Shown one piece after another: positions 34,748-47,592 of a stretch of DNA of 64,000 nt; the first letter of the stretch is position 1, and every line of letters begins with the position of its first letter. Under the pieces are notes generated by a model that was not told the origin of the DNA, searched no databases, and saw only the letters and a list, made by a program, of their open reading frames with translations. Position numbers and translations under genes: made by a program. Origin of the DNA: Scyliorhinus canicula (taxonomy: Eukaryota); assembly GCF_902713615.1 (NCBI RefSeq), contig NC_052149.1:231162986-231226985 (forward strand), written 5' to 3'.

Positions 34748-35730
34748 GCCCTCCGTGCACATAAACAGTGTACATAAACAACTTGGAGGACAATGTAGTC
34801 AGTCTGATAAGTAAATTCGCGGATGACACCAAGGTTGGTGGAGTGGCAGATAGTGTCTGGGATTGTCAGAGGATACAGCAGGACATGGACAGGTTGGAGA
34901 CTTGGGCAGAGAAATGGCAAATGAAGTTTAATCCGGACAAATGTGAGGTAATGCATTTTGGTAGGTCTCACATAGAGGGGAAATATACCGTAAATGGTAA
35001 AACTCTTAGGAATATAGAAAGTCGGAGAGATCTGGGCGTGCAGGTCCACAGATCTTTGAAGGTGGCAACACAAGTGGACAAGGTAGTCAAGAAAGCATCC
35101 GGAATGCTTGCCTTCATTGGACAGGGCATCGAGTATAAAAACTGGCAAGTCGTGCTACAGTTATATAGAATCTTGGTAAGGCCGACTTGGGATGTTGCGC
35201 ACAATTCTGGTCACCACACTACCAGAAGGATGTGGAGGCTTTGGAGAGGGTGCAGAGGAGGTTTACCAGGATGTCGCCTGGTCTGGAGGGTGTTAGCTGT
35301 GTGGAGAAGCTGAATAGACTCGGACTGTTTTCATTAGAAAGACAGAGGTTGAGGAGTGACCTGATGGAGGTCTACAAGATTATGGGGGGCATGGATAGAG
35401 TGGATGGGCAGGCACTCTTTCCCAGGGTGGAGGGGTCAGTCACCAGGGGGCATAGATTTAAGGTCCGTGGGGCAAAGTTTAGACGAGATGTGCGAGGCAG
35501 CTTTTTAAGTAGAGGGTGGTGAGTGCCTGGAACGCGTTGCCAGGGGAGGTTGTGGAAGCAGATACATTAACGGAGTTTAAAAGGCATCTTGATAAACACA
35601 TGGATAGGATGGGTATAGAGGGATACGGCACTAGGAAGTGCTGAGGGGTTTGACAAACGTTGGTATCATGACCGGTACAGGCTTGGAGGGCTGAAGGGCC
35701 TGTTCCTGTGCTGTATTGTTCTTTGTTCAG
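34748..35730 (+). mobile_element. 5'-truncated CR1 LINE in the CD74 intron
   Basis: ORF 34768..35313 YINNL...SKFADDTK...KWQMKFNPDKCEVMHFG, followed by the C-terminus and 3' tail. Confidence 0.92.
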
Positions 35731-37587
35731 CTCTGAAATTTCCTCCATAAACCTGTTTGCCTTTCCACCTCACTGTGATCTTTAAAGCCACCTTTTGACC
35801 AAACTCACCCTGTTAACTCTTTTATGTGGATCGGTACCAATCATTCCTGTGAAGCATGTTGGGATGTTTTATTGTGTTAAAGGTGCTACATCAATGCACG
35901 TTGTTGTTTCTCCCCCCCCAATCATTAACCTTGATGCCTCTGGCTCTCCATTCAAGGCACATGTAATTGGGAGATGTTCCTGGAATTGGGATTTTCAATC
36001 GGCTGACTGCATGATCACCCGTCAGAGAAGGGACCAGGACATTCTGAGGGACTGGGAAAGAGGGGTTGGTATCCCAACCTCCACAGCGAAAATGAAAGCA
36101 GCATTGAGCAAGTAAGTCCCCAACGGCATAACAAAGAACTGAAGAATTCTTTCTTGAGAAGATGTGTGGGTGAAAACCTGTGCCTTAAACACTCCAAGGT
36201 GCAGCATTCCAGAGCATTCCTGATCTTGTGCTCGAGTTCTTTTGGATTGTGGCCTTGCATGGATTAAGCAGATCAGTCTTCAATTCATCAATATTGGGCA
36301 CTCCACGAGGGCAGTCTCGTCGCTCTGGGATAAACCAGAACCTAAAAATTGGTTTAAATCCTCCCTTCACTCACAGCAGCTGAGAAATGAACTTGCAGCA
36401 ATTCTTCACGGCCCGTGAGTCATTAACAGAATTCCAGTGTTGAATAACAAAAGTGCAATATGAATCAGTATTTTAGAATTTCTCTTGATGGATAACGGAA
36501 TATTGATATCAAACATTTTTTTTCAGAAGAGTAAATGACTGGATAGGGTCCAATAGGCAGGCTGTACATACTGTGTGGGCAGAGATTTAGTGACTGGGTA
36601 GAGTCTATCTTGGGGGAGATTGTACATGGTTTGTGGGCAAAGATTCAGTGATTGGGTAGAGTCTATCTTTAGAGTCAGTGTACATGATCTGTAGAATGGA
36701 ATTCAATGAGGTGGTAGAATCTATTAGATGGGCCGAGTCTATGGTGGGGGAGAGTGTACATGGGCTGTGGGAAGAGATCGAATGGTTAATGTTATTTTCT
36801 CCGTCACTGTTTATATGTTTGCACTATTGTATGATAAATCCAACACAGTGGTTATAGTACTGGATTCTTATAATCCGGAGTTTTGGACAGCTAATCTTTG
36901 CGTTTCCTCCTTGTGTTTTCAGAATCAAGGATTTCACCAGTTTGTCCTTCAATGCCAGTTCCTGCCTGAATAACCTTCAGTGGCAAAATGTTCCAGCCAT
37001 TCCCTGGATGGAGATATTTCTCCGAATGAGACCTTGCAGCAGAAGTAGGCCATTTGGCCCATCGCGTCTGCTTCACCATTCAATGAGATCGTGACTGATC
37101 TGATGTGATAATCCTCAACTCCACTTTCCCGCCTTATCTACATAACCCTCGATTCCCTCACTGATTAAAAATCTGTCTCTCTCAGCCCTGGACATACGTA
37201 ACGACCCGGCCTCCACAGCTCTCTGCGGTAAAGAATTCCACAGATTCACTAACCCCTGAGAGAAGAAATTCCTCCTCATCTCGGTCTTAAATGGGCGAGT
37301 CCCTCACTCTGAGATTAAGCCCTCTGCTCCTAGACTCTCCCACAAGTGGAAACAACCTTCCCCTTAATCAATTGCCTAATCAAGCCTAATCAAAGACACA
37401 TCAAAAATTTACAAACCTCAATTAAAACTGCTCCTGGACCTCTCTTCAACAGTGAAAATAGTCCCAATATCTCAAGTCGCTCCTCAAAACTTGACTTATC
37501 CCCTGCATCTCTCTGGTGAATCCAGCCTGTACATGTGCCATGTGCCCCACCTACATCATACAACACTCATGGAGTTTCTTGATAATC

Positions 37588-38985
37588 TTTTTTTTTTAAA
37601 TTTAGAGTACCCAATTCATTTTTTCCAATTAAGGGGCAATTTAGCGAGGCCAATCCATCTACCCTGCACATCTTTGGGTTGTGGGGGCAAAACCCACGCA
37701 AACAAGGGGAGAATGTGCAAACTCCACACGGACAGTGACCCAGGGCCGGGAAGGAACCTGAGACCCTGGCGCCGTGAGGCAGCAGTGCTAACCACTGCGT
37801 CGCCATGCTGCCCTTCTTGCCAATCATGCCGATCAATGATTCAGAGCCTTTTGTGTCACACACGGTGTGACAGAGTTTACAACAGGCCCAGGCATGAGGC
37901 CCCTGTGGTGGCGAGCTTGGGGAACCATAGATCCAGAATTACCTGCTTCTCCGAGCACGTTACACTCACCACACGCCCGGCCACATTTTCTGGCCCTGAC
38001 ACTGACTGGAAAATCTGCGGAGCAGTTAAAAGTCAGCAGCTCTCCAAATGTTCCACCCCTGCCCGTGACCATGACCACCAGCGTCGAGGTCAGAAGACCC
38101 CCTATCCTGCATGTCTCAAAGCTACTCAGAATCTGTATTCCAAATTGTTGTTTTGTGAATGAAGTCTATCCGGCTTGCAATTGAATGAATCAAGGCCTGA
38201 CGAGAAATTATGCACCTCCTGACTGAGGTAAAGAATAAGGACCGAGGTGGCAATCTGATTGCAATTGCCACTCCTGAGCCTATCTTTTTAGCTCATTCAG
38301 GCCTGTTCATTTGCACGGAGTTAAAACAGGGTCCAAATTGTTTTGCAGGGAGTAATATTGAATTTTATCCCTTTGAACTGGTTCTGCTGTTCTGGACAAT
38401 GTGACTGTGTGTAAGTGAACAGCTTTATGACACCGTTCCTAATCCAGTTTGAATCTTTGCTCTGTGTGGGCTAGTCGCACTGTTACACTGACACCCAAAC
38501 TCGATCCTTTCCAATCCCGTATTTGCTGTGGATTAAACATTCGTTGCCATAGTTACCCTTTGCTGCAGGCACAACTTTGGGAGATTTGGCCTTAGCATCA
38601 GCTGCGACTGGCATGTCGACCATCATTGGCCTCATGGCTATGCTTGAATAAATCTTCCTCCCTGTGGCAAACACAAATGATGTAGCAGTTTCAACAGAAC
38701 GTCACAATGATACATTTGGCACCAGTTGTAGAGAGCAAGTTGGCGTTGATGTGATTTTCTTTTTTTTTATAAATTTAGAGTACCCAATTATTTTTTCCAA
38801 TTAAGGGGCAATTTAGCGTGGCCAATCCACCTACTCTGCGCATTTTTGGGTTGTGGGGGCGAAACCCACGCAGACACGGGGTGAATGTGCAAACTCCACA
38901 CGGACAGTGACCCAGAGCCGGGATCGAACCTGGGACCTCGGCGCCGTGAGGCGGTTGTGCTAACCACTAGGCCACCGTGCTGCCC
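37588..38985 (-). mobile_element. Short-form SINEs at 37588-37814 and 38760-38985, on either side of the linker exon
   Basis: Similar to other copies in the window. Confidence 0.8.
38557..38661 (-). CDS. CD74: CD74 extra linker exon (GRKIYSSIAMRPMMVDMPVAADAKAKSPKVVPAAK) with a CLIP-like repeat
   Basis: Acceptor ttgtgtttgccacag|gg, donor g|gtaact, 105 nt, symmetric phase 1-1. Keeps frame between exon 6 and the thyroglobulin exon. Confidence 0.8.
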
Positions 38986-39114
38986 AATTTTGAAATTCTT
39001 ACCCTTCTTTTTAAATCCATCCATGGTCTCACTGAACCTTCAGCCAGACAACCCTCCGAGTTATCCACCCTCTTTAAATTCTGGCCTCGCGCACATCCCT
39101 GACTTTTAGTCAAT

Positions 39115-39530
39115 CATAGAAACATAGAAAATGGGAGCAGGAGGAGACTATTCGACACTTCGAGCCTGCTCCACCATTCTTTATGATCATGGCTGATCAT
39201 CCAACTCACCAGCCTCATCCCGCTTTCCCCCCATGTCCTTTGATACTCTTCGCCCTAAGTGCTTTATCTAACTGCTTCTTGAAAACATTCAATGTTTTGG
39301 CCTCAACTACGTCCTGTAGTAACAAATTCCACAGGCCGACCACTCTCTGGGTGAAGACATTTCTCCTCATCTCTGTCCTAAATGGTCTACCCCGCATCCT
39401 CAGATTTCCACTCCTGTTTGTGGACACCCCCACCATGGGGAATATCCTTCCTGTATCTACCCTGTCCGGTCCTGTTAGAATTTTATAGGTTTCTATGAGA
39501 TCCCCCCTCATTCTTCGGAACTCAGAAGAG
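39115..39530 (-). mobile_element. CR1 3' fragment
   Basis: RRMRGDLIETYKIL...RTEMRRNVFTQRVVGLWN. Confidence 0.85.
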
Positions 39531-40507
39531 GTTCCTTGACAGGGGTTCACTTTAAGACATCTTGAGGATGAGAAAGGTGCTCCATTAATGCAAGTCCTTT
39601 CTATTCTTTGTGTCTGCCGAGAGAGGGTGAGCCAGCTCCCTGGGCTGACACCTTCAGGACAAGGGACGAGAAAGAGAGAATAAGAGGACAGAAGTTGGCC
39701 AAGAATGAGGAAGAATAACATATTTTATTTATTCTTTCATACGGGGGGGGGGGGGGGGGCAGTGATGTAGTGGTATTTTCACTTGGTTAGTAATGCAGAG
39801 ACCCAGGGTAATGCTCTGGGAACCTGGGTTTGAATCCCACTAGGGCAGTTGGTGGAATTTGAATTCAAGAAATACCTGGAATTAAAAGTCTAATGATGAC
39901 CGTGAAACCATTATCGCTTGTTTAAAAACCCATCTGGTTCACTAATGTCCTTTTGGGAAGGAAATCTGCCGCCCTTACCCGGTCTGGCCTACACTTGACT
40001 CCAGACCCACAGCAATGCGGTTGAGCCTTAAATGCCCTCAAAGATGGGCAATAAATGCTGGCCCAGCCAGCGACGCCCACATCCCATGAGTGAATGAAAA
40101 AAAAAGGTGAGGTTTTGCTATCTAGGCCATCACTTGTTGCCTTTGGGAGCCGGCTTCGTGAACCGCTGCAGTCCCTGTGGTGTCGGTACACCCACAGATC
40201 TGTGGGAGGTACAGGAATTTGACCCGGCGACAGTGAAGGGACAGCGATATATTTCCAAGTCAGGATGGTGAGTGGCTTGGAGGGGAACTTGCAGATGGTG
40301 GAGATCCCATGCATCAGCTGCCCTTTCCCTTCTGGATGGGAGAGGTTGTGTGTTTGGAAGGTGCTGTCGAAGGAGCCTTGTTGAGTTACTGCTGTGCACC
40401 TTGTAGATGGAGCACACGGCTGCCACTATGCGCCAGAGCTGGGGGAGGTGAATGTTGAGCTGCTGAATGGAGTGCCAATCATATAAAATCATATGACAGA
40501 TACGTAC

Positions 40508-40622
40508 CGCTGGGTTGGGGTTTGGGTTCCGGCGCGGGTTGGGGGGGACTAGTTGTTGGGGCTGTCTTCTTCTCCTGGATGAGTTGAAAGAGGAGCCAGT
40601 TTTGGAGCCAAGTTTCAAAGTT
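40508..40622 (-). CDS. CD74: CD74 exon 6 (NFETWLQNWLLFQLIQEKKTAPTTSPPQPAPEPKPQPS)
   Basis: Acceptor tcttttgtttccag|aac, donor g|gtacgt, 115 nt, phase 0 to 1. Contains the FE.W...WLLF signature of the trimerisation domain. Confidence 0.95.
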
Positions 40623-41392
40623 CTGGAAACAAAAGATACATCACACGGTCAGTTCGAATGATTTGAAACAGGTCCTTTGAACTATACTGCACGTTTACAT
40701 TTAGCTACAAAAAGACTTCTAATGTTAAGTATTGAAGCATGTCTGATATCAAGCTCAAACACTAAAGATAAAAGTTTCCTCAAACTTTAAACTTATGAAT
40801 GGTTTCGAAAGAGTGGAAGCAGAGAAAATGTTTCCAATTCTTCACCCAGGGGCTGGCGCTGGTGTGGCACTCTCTCCCACAGACAAGCAGTCGATGCCAA
40901 CTCAATTTATCCTTTCCAATCCTGAGAGCGAGGGATGTTTGCCCGCCATGGGGATGAAGGAATTGGGGAGCCAGACAGATGGATGGAATTAAAGTTCAGA
41001 TGAGCCATGATATCATTGAATGGCAGATCACACCTCAGGGGCTGAATGGCCTCTTCCAGTTCCTGTGTTGTGGGAGAAGCCAGGACTAAAGAGGCCATCA
41101 ATGTAAGACAGTCACTAATAAATCCAGGAAGAAATTCAGGAGAAATCTTGTTAGCCAGGGAGTGAGGGAATGTGGAGTTTCCTGTACAGAGAGCAGTTGA
41201 GGTGAATGGCGTGGCTACGTTCAAGAGGAAGCTAGTAAGACGCATGAGGGAGAAAGGACGAGAAGGTTAAGCTGATAGAGTGGAGTGGGAGAAGGCTGGT
41301 GTGGAGCATTGACACTAGTATGGACCAGTGGGGCTGAATGGCCTTTTTCTGTGCTGTTATTTCGATGCAATTCTCTGCGGCAAAGCACTCAC

Positions 41393-41488
41393 CTGCCAAT
41401 CGGATTCCGGCATGCTCTCTTTCAGCAGGTTCAGGTTGGTGGAGAAGGTGCTGTTGAATTCAGGAATCATCTGAGTTGTGTTCTCCTT
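41393..41488 (-). CDS. CD74: CD74 exon 5 (KENTTQMIPEFNSTFSTNLNLLKESMPESDWQ), trimerisation domain
   Basis: Acceptor gtttttcaacggcag|aag, donor cag|gtgagt, 96 nt. Aligns by eye with mammalian P.L.GSF.ENL..LK..M...DWK. Confidence 0.93.
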
Positions 41489-42111
41489 CTGCCGTTGAAA
41501 AACCAACACAATATCATCATTGGCCAACCATTTCACCAAAGGTGCAGTCACCCCATTGTTCAGAGACATTAAACCTCCTGCTCAAACATGTGCTACAAAC
41601 AAATGAGTGCACACAGAGGGAGAATTCAGAATGTCCAATTCATCTAACAAGCACGTCTTTTGGGACATATGGGAGGAAACCGGATCACCCGGAGCAAACC
41701 CACGCAGACACGGGGCGAAAGTGCAGATTCTGCGCAGAAACCCAAGCCGGGAATCGAGCCCGGCTCCCTGGCGCTGTGAAGCAACAGTGCTAACCACTGT
41801 GCTACCGACTGTGAAAGAGCTATCTGATTAGTCCGGCAGACACTGCCCACCCCTCACCCGGAACCCAGCAAATTTAACCTTTTGAAATCACTTTTTAAAG
41901 GCCTGTTGTGAATCACTAGCTCAGTCCCAGCTACAGCACTGTGTCCAATTCCGGGCACCACACATTAGGATGGGTGTCAAGGCCTTGGAGAGGGCGTGGA
42001 GGAGATTTATTAGAATGGTACCCAGGGATGAGGGGCTTCAGTTGTTTGGCCGCTCTGGAGAAACTGGGGCCGTTCTCCTTGGAGCAAAGAAAGGTGGCAC
42101 GGTACGGTGGG

Positions 42112-43712
42112 GGCAGCATGGTGGCACCGTAGTCAACGCTGCTGCCTCACAGCGCCAAGGACCCGGGTTCAATTCCGGCCTCGGGTGACTGTGTGGAGTT
42201 TGCACGGTCTATCGTGTCTGCATGGTTTCCTCCGGGTGCGCCGGTCTCCTCCCACAGTCCAAAGATGGGCGGGTTAGGTGAGTTGGCCATAATCAGTTGT
42301 CCCTTGGTGTCCAAGGTTATGGGGTGGCAGGAATAGGGCGAGGTTAGTGTGCTCTTTCAGAGCATCAGTGCAGAATCAAGGGGCCGAATGGCCTCCTTCT
42401 GCATTGTAGGGATTCTATGGTTTAAAATGTATAGGGCGATTTAATAGAGTTCTCAAAATAATGAACGGATTTAGGAGAGTAAATGGGAAGGGACTGTTTC
42501 CATTTGAAACGAGGTGGGTCACCAGAGGTCACAGATTGAAGTTCATTGACGAAGGAATCAGGTGGGAAATGAGGAGGTTTATTTCGCACAACGGATTGTG
42601 CGCTGCCAGAAAGGACGGCAGGAGCAGATTCGGTGATGAACTTTCAAAGGGAATTGGAGAAATATTAGAAAAGGGAGAATTTGCAGGGCGCTGGGGAAAG
42701 AGCTGGTGGGAGTGGGACTACTTGGGCGGCTCTTCCAAGGAGTTGGGATGGGCACGGGCGGCCTCCTCCTCTTCTGTATCGTTCCATGACTCTACAATAG
42801 CTGTCAAAGCTTCCCTGCAACCCTACCTTCAGCTGTTCCTGCACTTGTTCCAGCAAGGTCATGGGCTTGGCGGGAGTGGTTTTCGGAGCCTGTGGAAAAA
42901 CAATCACAAGAATGAAACGTGTACATTTCTAAGATCAATTTTATTGGTCGTAACCACCATGAACTGTTTTAAAATCAAATTTGTCACAATATATTGGTCC
43001 AATTCTGCCTGCAGTATCGCATTCGATTCTGGGACACCCCATCTCAGGGGAGGATTTACCAGCTCCCAGTGGGTAACTTTCTTGCCTCTGCGTTTGCAGG
43101 TTGTGGGTTCAAATCCCATCCCAGAAACTCAAATGTAAAAATCTAGGTCGACGCGCGCTGTGCCAGTACCGAGGAGGAACCGCACTGCCAGGTGAGATGC
43201 TGAACCCACGATAGTTGTCCTCTGAGCGGGTGATATATGATCCCACAGTCTCTGCTGATGAGCAGGGTTGTTCTCTGTTTAAGCTTTTTCTGGGAATGTG
43301 GAAGGTTCTGTGCAAATGCAAATCTTTTCCTCTCTTCATCTATGTGCAGGTGGCCGTGGGCTTAAGCCCTCAAGCATCAAGTCATAGAATCATACAATTT
43401 ACAGTGCTGAAGAAGGCTATTCGGCCCATCGAGTCTGCACCGGCCATTGGAAAGAGCACCGTCCACGTCTCTATCCTATCTCTGTAACCCAGTAACCCCA
43501 TCTAACCTTTTGGATACAAAGGGGCAATTTATCATGGCCAATCCACCTAACCTGCACATCTTTGGACTGTGGGAGGAAACCGGAGCACCCGGAGGAAACG
43601 CACGCAGACACGGGGAGAACGTGCAAACTCCACACAGGCAGTCACCCAGCGGGGAATTGAACCGGGGACCCTGGGGAAGTGAGGCAGCAGTGCTAACCAC
43701 TGTGCCACCGTG
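42112..43712. mobile_element. Long-form SINEs at 42112-42420 (plus) and 43384-43712 (minus), flanking CD74 exon 4
   Basis: Similar to other copies in the window; opposite orientations. Confidence 0.82.
42827..42889 (-). CDS. CD74: CD74 exon 4 (APKTTPAKPMTLLEQVQEQLK), start of trimerisation domain
   Basis: Acceptor ttgtttttccacag|gct, donor aag|gtaggg, 63 nt, phase 0-0. Confidence 0.9.
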
Positions 43713-44467
43713 CCAGACGGAAAGACAAAATGGTGAAATTAGATCTTCCGACCCTAGCTGGAGAACTCAGAGTGGGATCCTTCCATTATTCAATCAGTGC
43801 TTGAACAGCGAGGTTCCTTTGCAGATTAAACGCGGGATTGTGGAAGGTTGTACATAAGAGAAACGGTATGGATTGGATTTTACATTTCTTGGTGGGGTGA
43901 GGAACTGAGACTGAGTCTTCCGCTCGCTCCCACCCTCACCCTCTGTCTCAGCTTGTCAAATCGACCTTGGATGGCCAAATAGTGGCTGTCTGGCAGGAAG
44001 GTGGGGAAGGGCAGGTGGGCCGGGGGGGATGCACCGTTCCAAACGGGTCTCCAGGATGCACACAGTGAGAGGTATACCGCAAACAGGAAGTAATTTACGG
44101 CTACAAACTTAGAGCCCCCGCCCTGTTCTCTGAATCGGTCTTTATTTTTATTGTAAGCTCAACAAACGTTAAGTAGAATGAGATTTTAAAATCATAGCGA
44201 CGCTGTCACCTTCACTAACAGAATCTGCGGCTCCTTCCAGCCATGGTCCCAGCGGCAAGCCTATTCTTCCACTCTTAGGCCCCCTCATCATAGCTGGCAT
44301 AAAACACCCCCAAACCTTGCCACATCTAACGTCTGAAAAATGCAGCGGACAATGCAGAGTTTCGGGCGACTGGGTTGTCAGCAAACTCAAAGGTTTGCGA
44401 ATTAGGAATTGCAAAATGGCAGCCGGGCTTCCGAATTCCGTGCCCGCTCTCATTCCATAGCTTGCGT

Positions 44468-45356
44468 GTCTGGCGGTCTGATGTCACCAGGCCCTGGTTC
44501 ACTGTCCGTGTGGAATTTGCCCATTCTTCCCCCTGTTTGCGTGGGTTTCGCCCCCACAACCCAAAGATGTGCAGGGTAGGTGGATTGGCCGCGCTAAATT
44601 GCCTCTCAATTGGAAAACATGAATTGGGTACACTGAATTTATTTTAAAAAACGTTTGTGCAGAGCGTGGGGCGGTCTACCCAATTCCCCGCTGTGAAATC
44701 CAGCTCTCTGGCCAATTGCAGCAAATAATGGGACCATTTCAAAAACCCCACCCGACAAAGCTCTCCCCCAATCTCGGAGAGTTTGGATGCCGATCCTGCT
44801 GGGATCCAGGCGGTACTGCGCCAACCTTGCAGAGTCCCACCTGAGGGTCAAGGAATCGAAAAACCCGACTGCCAGCCTCACCAGAGGCAGCGCTCGATTT
44901 GATCCATTTGCTTGTGTGCGCGTTGGGCGGGCAGGGGTGCTCACGCTGAACATCGGCCGACTTGGCATGCAGAGGGGGAAGGGGCTGGGCTGGGAATCGG
45001 GTTGTGGGAGGGGGGGTGCAGGGAATAGAACATAGAACAGTACAGCACGGAACAGGCCCTTCGGCCCTCGATGTTGTGCCGAGCAATGATCACCGTACTT
45101 AAATCCACGAAACCCGTATACCCGTAACCCAACAATCCCCCCATTAACCTTACACTACGGGCAATTTAGCATGGCCAATCCACCTAACCCGCACATCTTT
45201 GGACTGTGGGAGGAAACTGGAGCACCCGGAGGAAACCCACGCACACACGGGGAGGACGTTCAGACTCCACACAGACAGTGACCCAGCCGGGAATCGAACC
45301 TGGGACCCTGGAGCTGTGAAGCATTGATGCTAACCACCATGCTACCGTGAGGCCCC
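44468..45356. mobile_element. SINEs at 44468-44650 (plus) and 45024-45356 (minus)
   Basis: Similar to other copies in the window. Confidence 0.8.
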
Positions 45357-45881
45357 TACTGTTGACTGAAGTTGGAAAAAGGAGACAAAAAGCCTCATGG
45401 GCCATAGGCTGTACGCAGAGCGTGAAGACGGTGGGGGAACAGGGGGCGGGGGTCGAGGAGACCAAGGGAGGTCAATGGAGGAGGTCCTCCAAAAACAACA
45501 TTGAGTTACCTTAAAATGATGACCTTTCCCTCTGCTGGCTCCATCATTGAGCCCCAACCTATCACTGACCTGGTACTCCACCAAGCTCCCCGCTAGGACT
45601 TGGGGCAGGTTCCCATTGGGAGGATGCTTCTCTTTTTGTAACACGTTATCCCATTCTCTGACCACCTCTGCGCCCAATGAGTCTGTTTTGAAGATCAGTC
45701 ACTGTACTCATGTTGACCAAATGCAGCAGCCACTGTTGTGTACAGTACGATCCCGGAAACAGTAAAGTTCGATGACTAACCACCTAATGTGTCCCTTGGC
45801 AGTGCTGACTGAGCTTTAGTTTTTATTCATCCATTCGTGTTAAGTGTAAGTTCTTGCTTTTCTTTCTTTGCTGAAAGTTAC

Positions 45882-45961
45882 CTTTGGATGTTCCATTTTT
45901 GGGTCAATGTACGCAATGGGCAAGTCCATCATCATGGGTCGGATCATCATTTGTTTAGGTC
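45882..45961 (-). CDS. CD74: CD74 exon 3: CLIP region (RPKQMMIRPMMMDLPIAYIDPKMEHPK)
   Basis: Acceptor ttttatttcttcag|ga, donor aag|gtaact, 80 nt, phase 1 to 0. Met-rich CLIP-like peptide at the expected position. Confidence 0.92.
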
Positions 45962-47413
45962 CTGAAGAAATAAAAGGGAATGATATTTTTTTAATGAGTG
46001 CTCCTCACTGACAACCTGGAAAGAAGATGTGGAAACAAAATTGTCATCTTTCGATGGAGGTGCGAATTGGGTTGCGAAGCACTGAGCTGTTTCTTTCCTT
46101 TTTGCCGTCCCCACACACTTCCGGCTGGACGTTTGGTGGGTTGGGAGGGTTTTGGTTGAAAAACGCACATGTGCCTCTTCTGGCATCGAGGTCCCCAGTA
46201 TGAAAACCATGGGAAGATTTGCTCCCGTGCACTATTTTCACGTGCTCGTGTCAGGTTTTCAAGTCCCAAAAGAACGTATGTCCTTGGAAAGTTTGGGGGA
46301 TGCCTGGGCAGTGGGAACATGTTGACAGGGACGTGTTAAATGTTTAACGGCAGTGACTCATCACAGGGGTCTGTCCTACAAAAGTAAGTTCATCGTTACA
46401 TTGGCCAACATTGTGTAAGTGCTGAAGTGCATGACAGTATTTTTTTCCCAATGGAGAGGTTTTTAGGATTATGTAAGGGTTGATAGGTTCGGCATCGTTG
46501 GTTCCATAGAATGACGAGGTGGTACAAATATGAGAACGTCACCCTTCAGCCAATAATGTATTCAGGAGAATATTCTTTAACCAGAGAGTGTGGACCTCAC
46601 CAACACGTGGAGTGGTTAACGCCAAAAGCATAGACGCAGGAGAAATTGGATTAGCACATGAGGTAGAAAGGAATTGAAGAATACGTTGGTGTGATTGGAT
46701 GGCGGAGGCTAGTGTAGAGCATGTAAACCCACAGGGAACCTTTGGGCTGAATGGCCTGTTTCTCTGTTCCATATACTGGGTAATGACGTTATACCAAAGC
46801 ACTTGCCAGAGGAAACATTTCTCCTACTTGCTCTCTCAAAACCATTCAGAACTGTGAACGCCTCCGTTAAACCTCTTCTTAACCTTCTCTACCCTCAGGT
46901 GAACAACTCCCAGCTTCCCCAATCGCCCCAGATGGCTGTACACACCTTAAGCAGAAGCTCCCAGCGAAATCACCTGGAGGGTTCCTTTTTAAATCAAACT
47001 TGGGAATCGTTCATGCTGTAGGAGTTTGTTTTAATTCAGTTTTGCAACAGGTTACTGCCGCTCACATTGTTTGTGCAATTTTCAGTTGTTCTGTGTTTGA
47101 TTATGTGGGTCTGCTTACTACTGGTGCTCACTGTGCTTGAGCATGGGCATTGACTCAGAGAAAAGTAAACAAGCTGTAGAAAGAGCTGCAGGCTGAGAGC
47201 AGAGCGGCATTTAAAGCACTGTTGGGCAATAAAGTTCTTGTGCACTTAGAAACTAGTGTCATTTCGGCCTAACTCTGAGGTATAAAATATATAACAGCTC
47301 GCTTTCAATCTCGTCACTGTTTAGCTAATATCGTGTTATTCTGTCTCCAGGGCTCTCAGATTTATTTGGGCTTGAATCAAAACAGTTATTGAGTTGAAAG
47401 AGAATGTACATAC

Positions 47414-47592
47414 TGACAGGATTCCGGCTTGAAGAGTACTTGTTTTCAATTCGATCCGTTGTCTTCTGCAGATGGGTTATCTTGTCCTGTTGCTTCAGCA
47501 GGAACATGACGCTGACCACTTGCCCGGCAATTAGCATGGCTGCGAGCACAGTCACGCCACCCCAAAGGAGGCTTCGAGAGCATTTATTGCTG
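47414..47592 (-). CDS. CD74: CD74 exon 2: type II transmembrane segment (SNKCSRSLLWGGVTVLAAMLIAGQVVSVMFLLKQQDKITHLQKTTDRIENKYSSSRNPV)
   Basis: Acceptor tatttcag|c, donor a|gtatgt, 179 nt, phase 2 to 1. Matches the invariant-chain pattern KCSR...LL.AGQ...FL.QQ. Confidence 0.95.

Noticed and set aside
36185-36370. ORF FRFWFIPERRDCPRGVPNIDELK... after an AG in a CD74 intron
   Set aside because: Phase does not fit the flanking phase-1 junctions, there is no good donor, and no homology is recognised.
36541-36770. Diverged ~59-bp tandem repeat, superficially repeat-spacer-like
   Set aside because: Whole units are similar to each other; a eukaryotic minisatellite, not a CRISPR array.
37970-38014. 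Possible 45-nt symmetric exon (ctccgcag|...|gtgagt) in the linker region
   Set aside because: Splice sites are plausible but it would add two unpaired Cys, and it has no similarity support; left out without transcript evidence.
42461-43138. 225-aa plus-strand ORF
   Set aside because: Chimera of a CR1 3' fragment and the antisense of CD74 exon 4.
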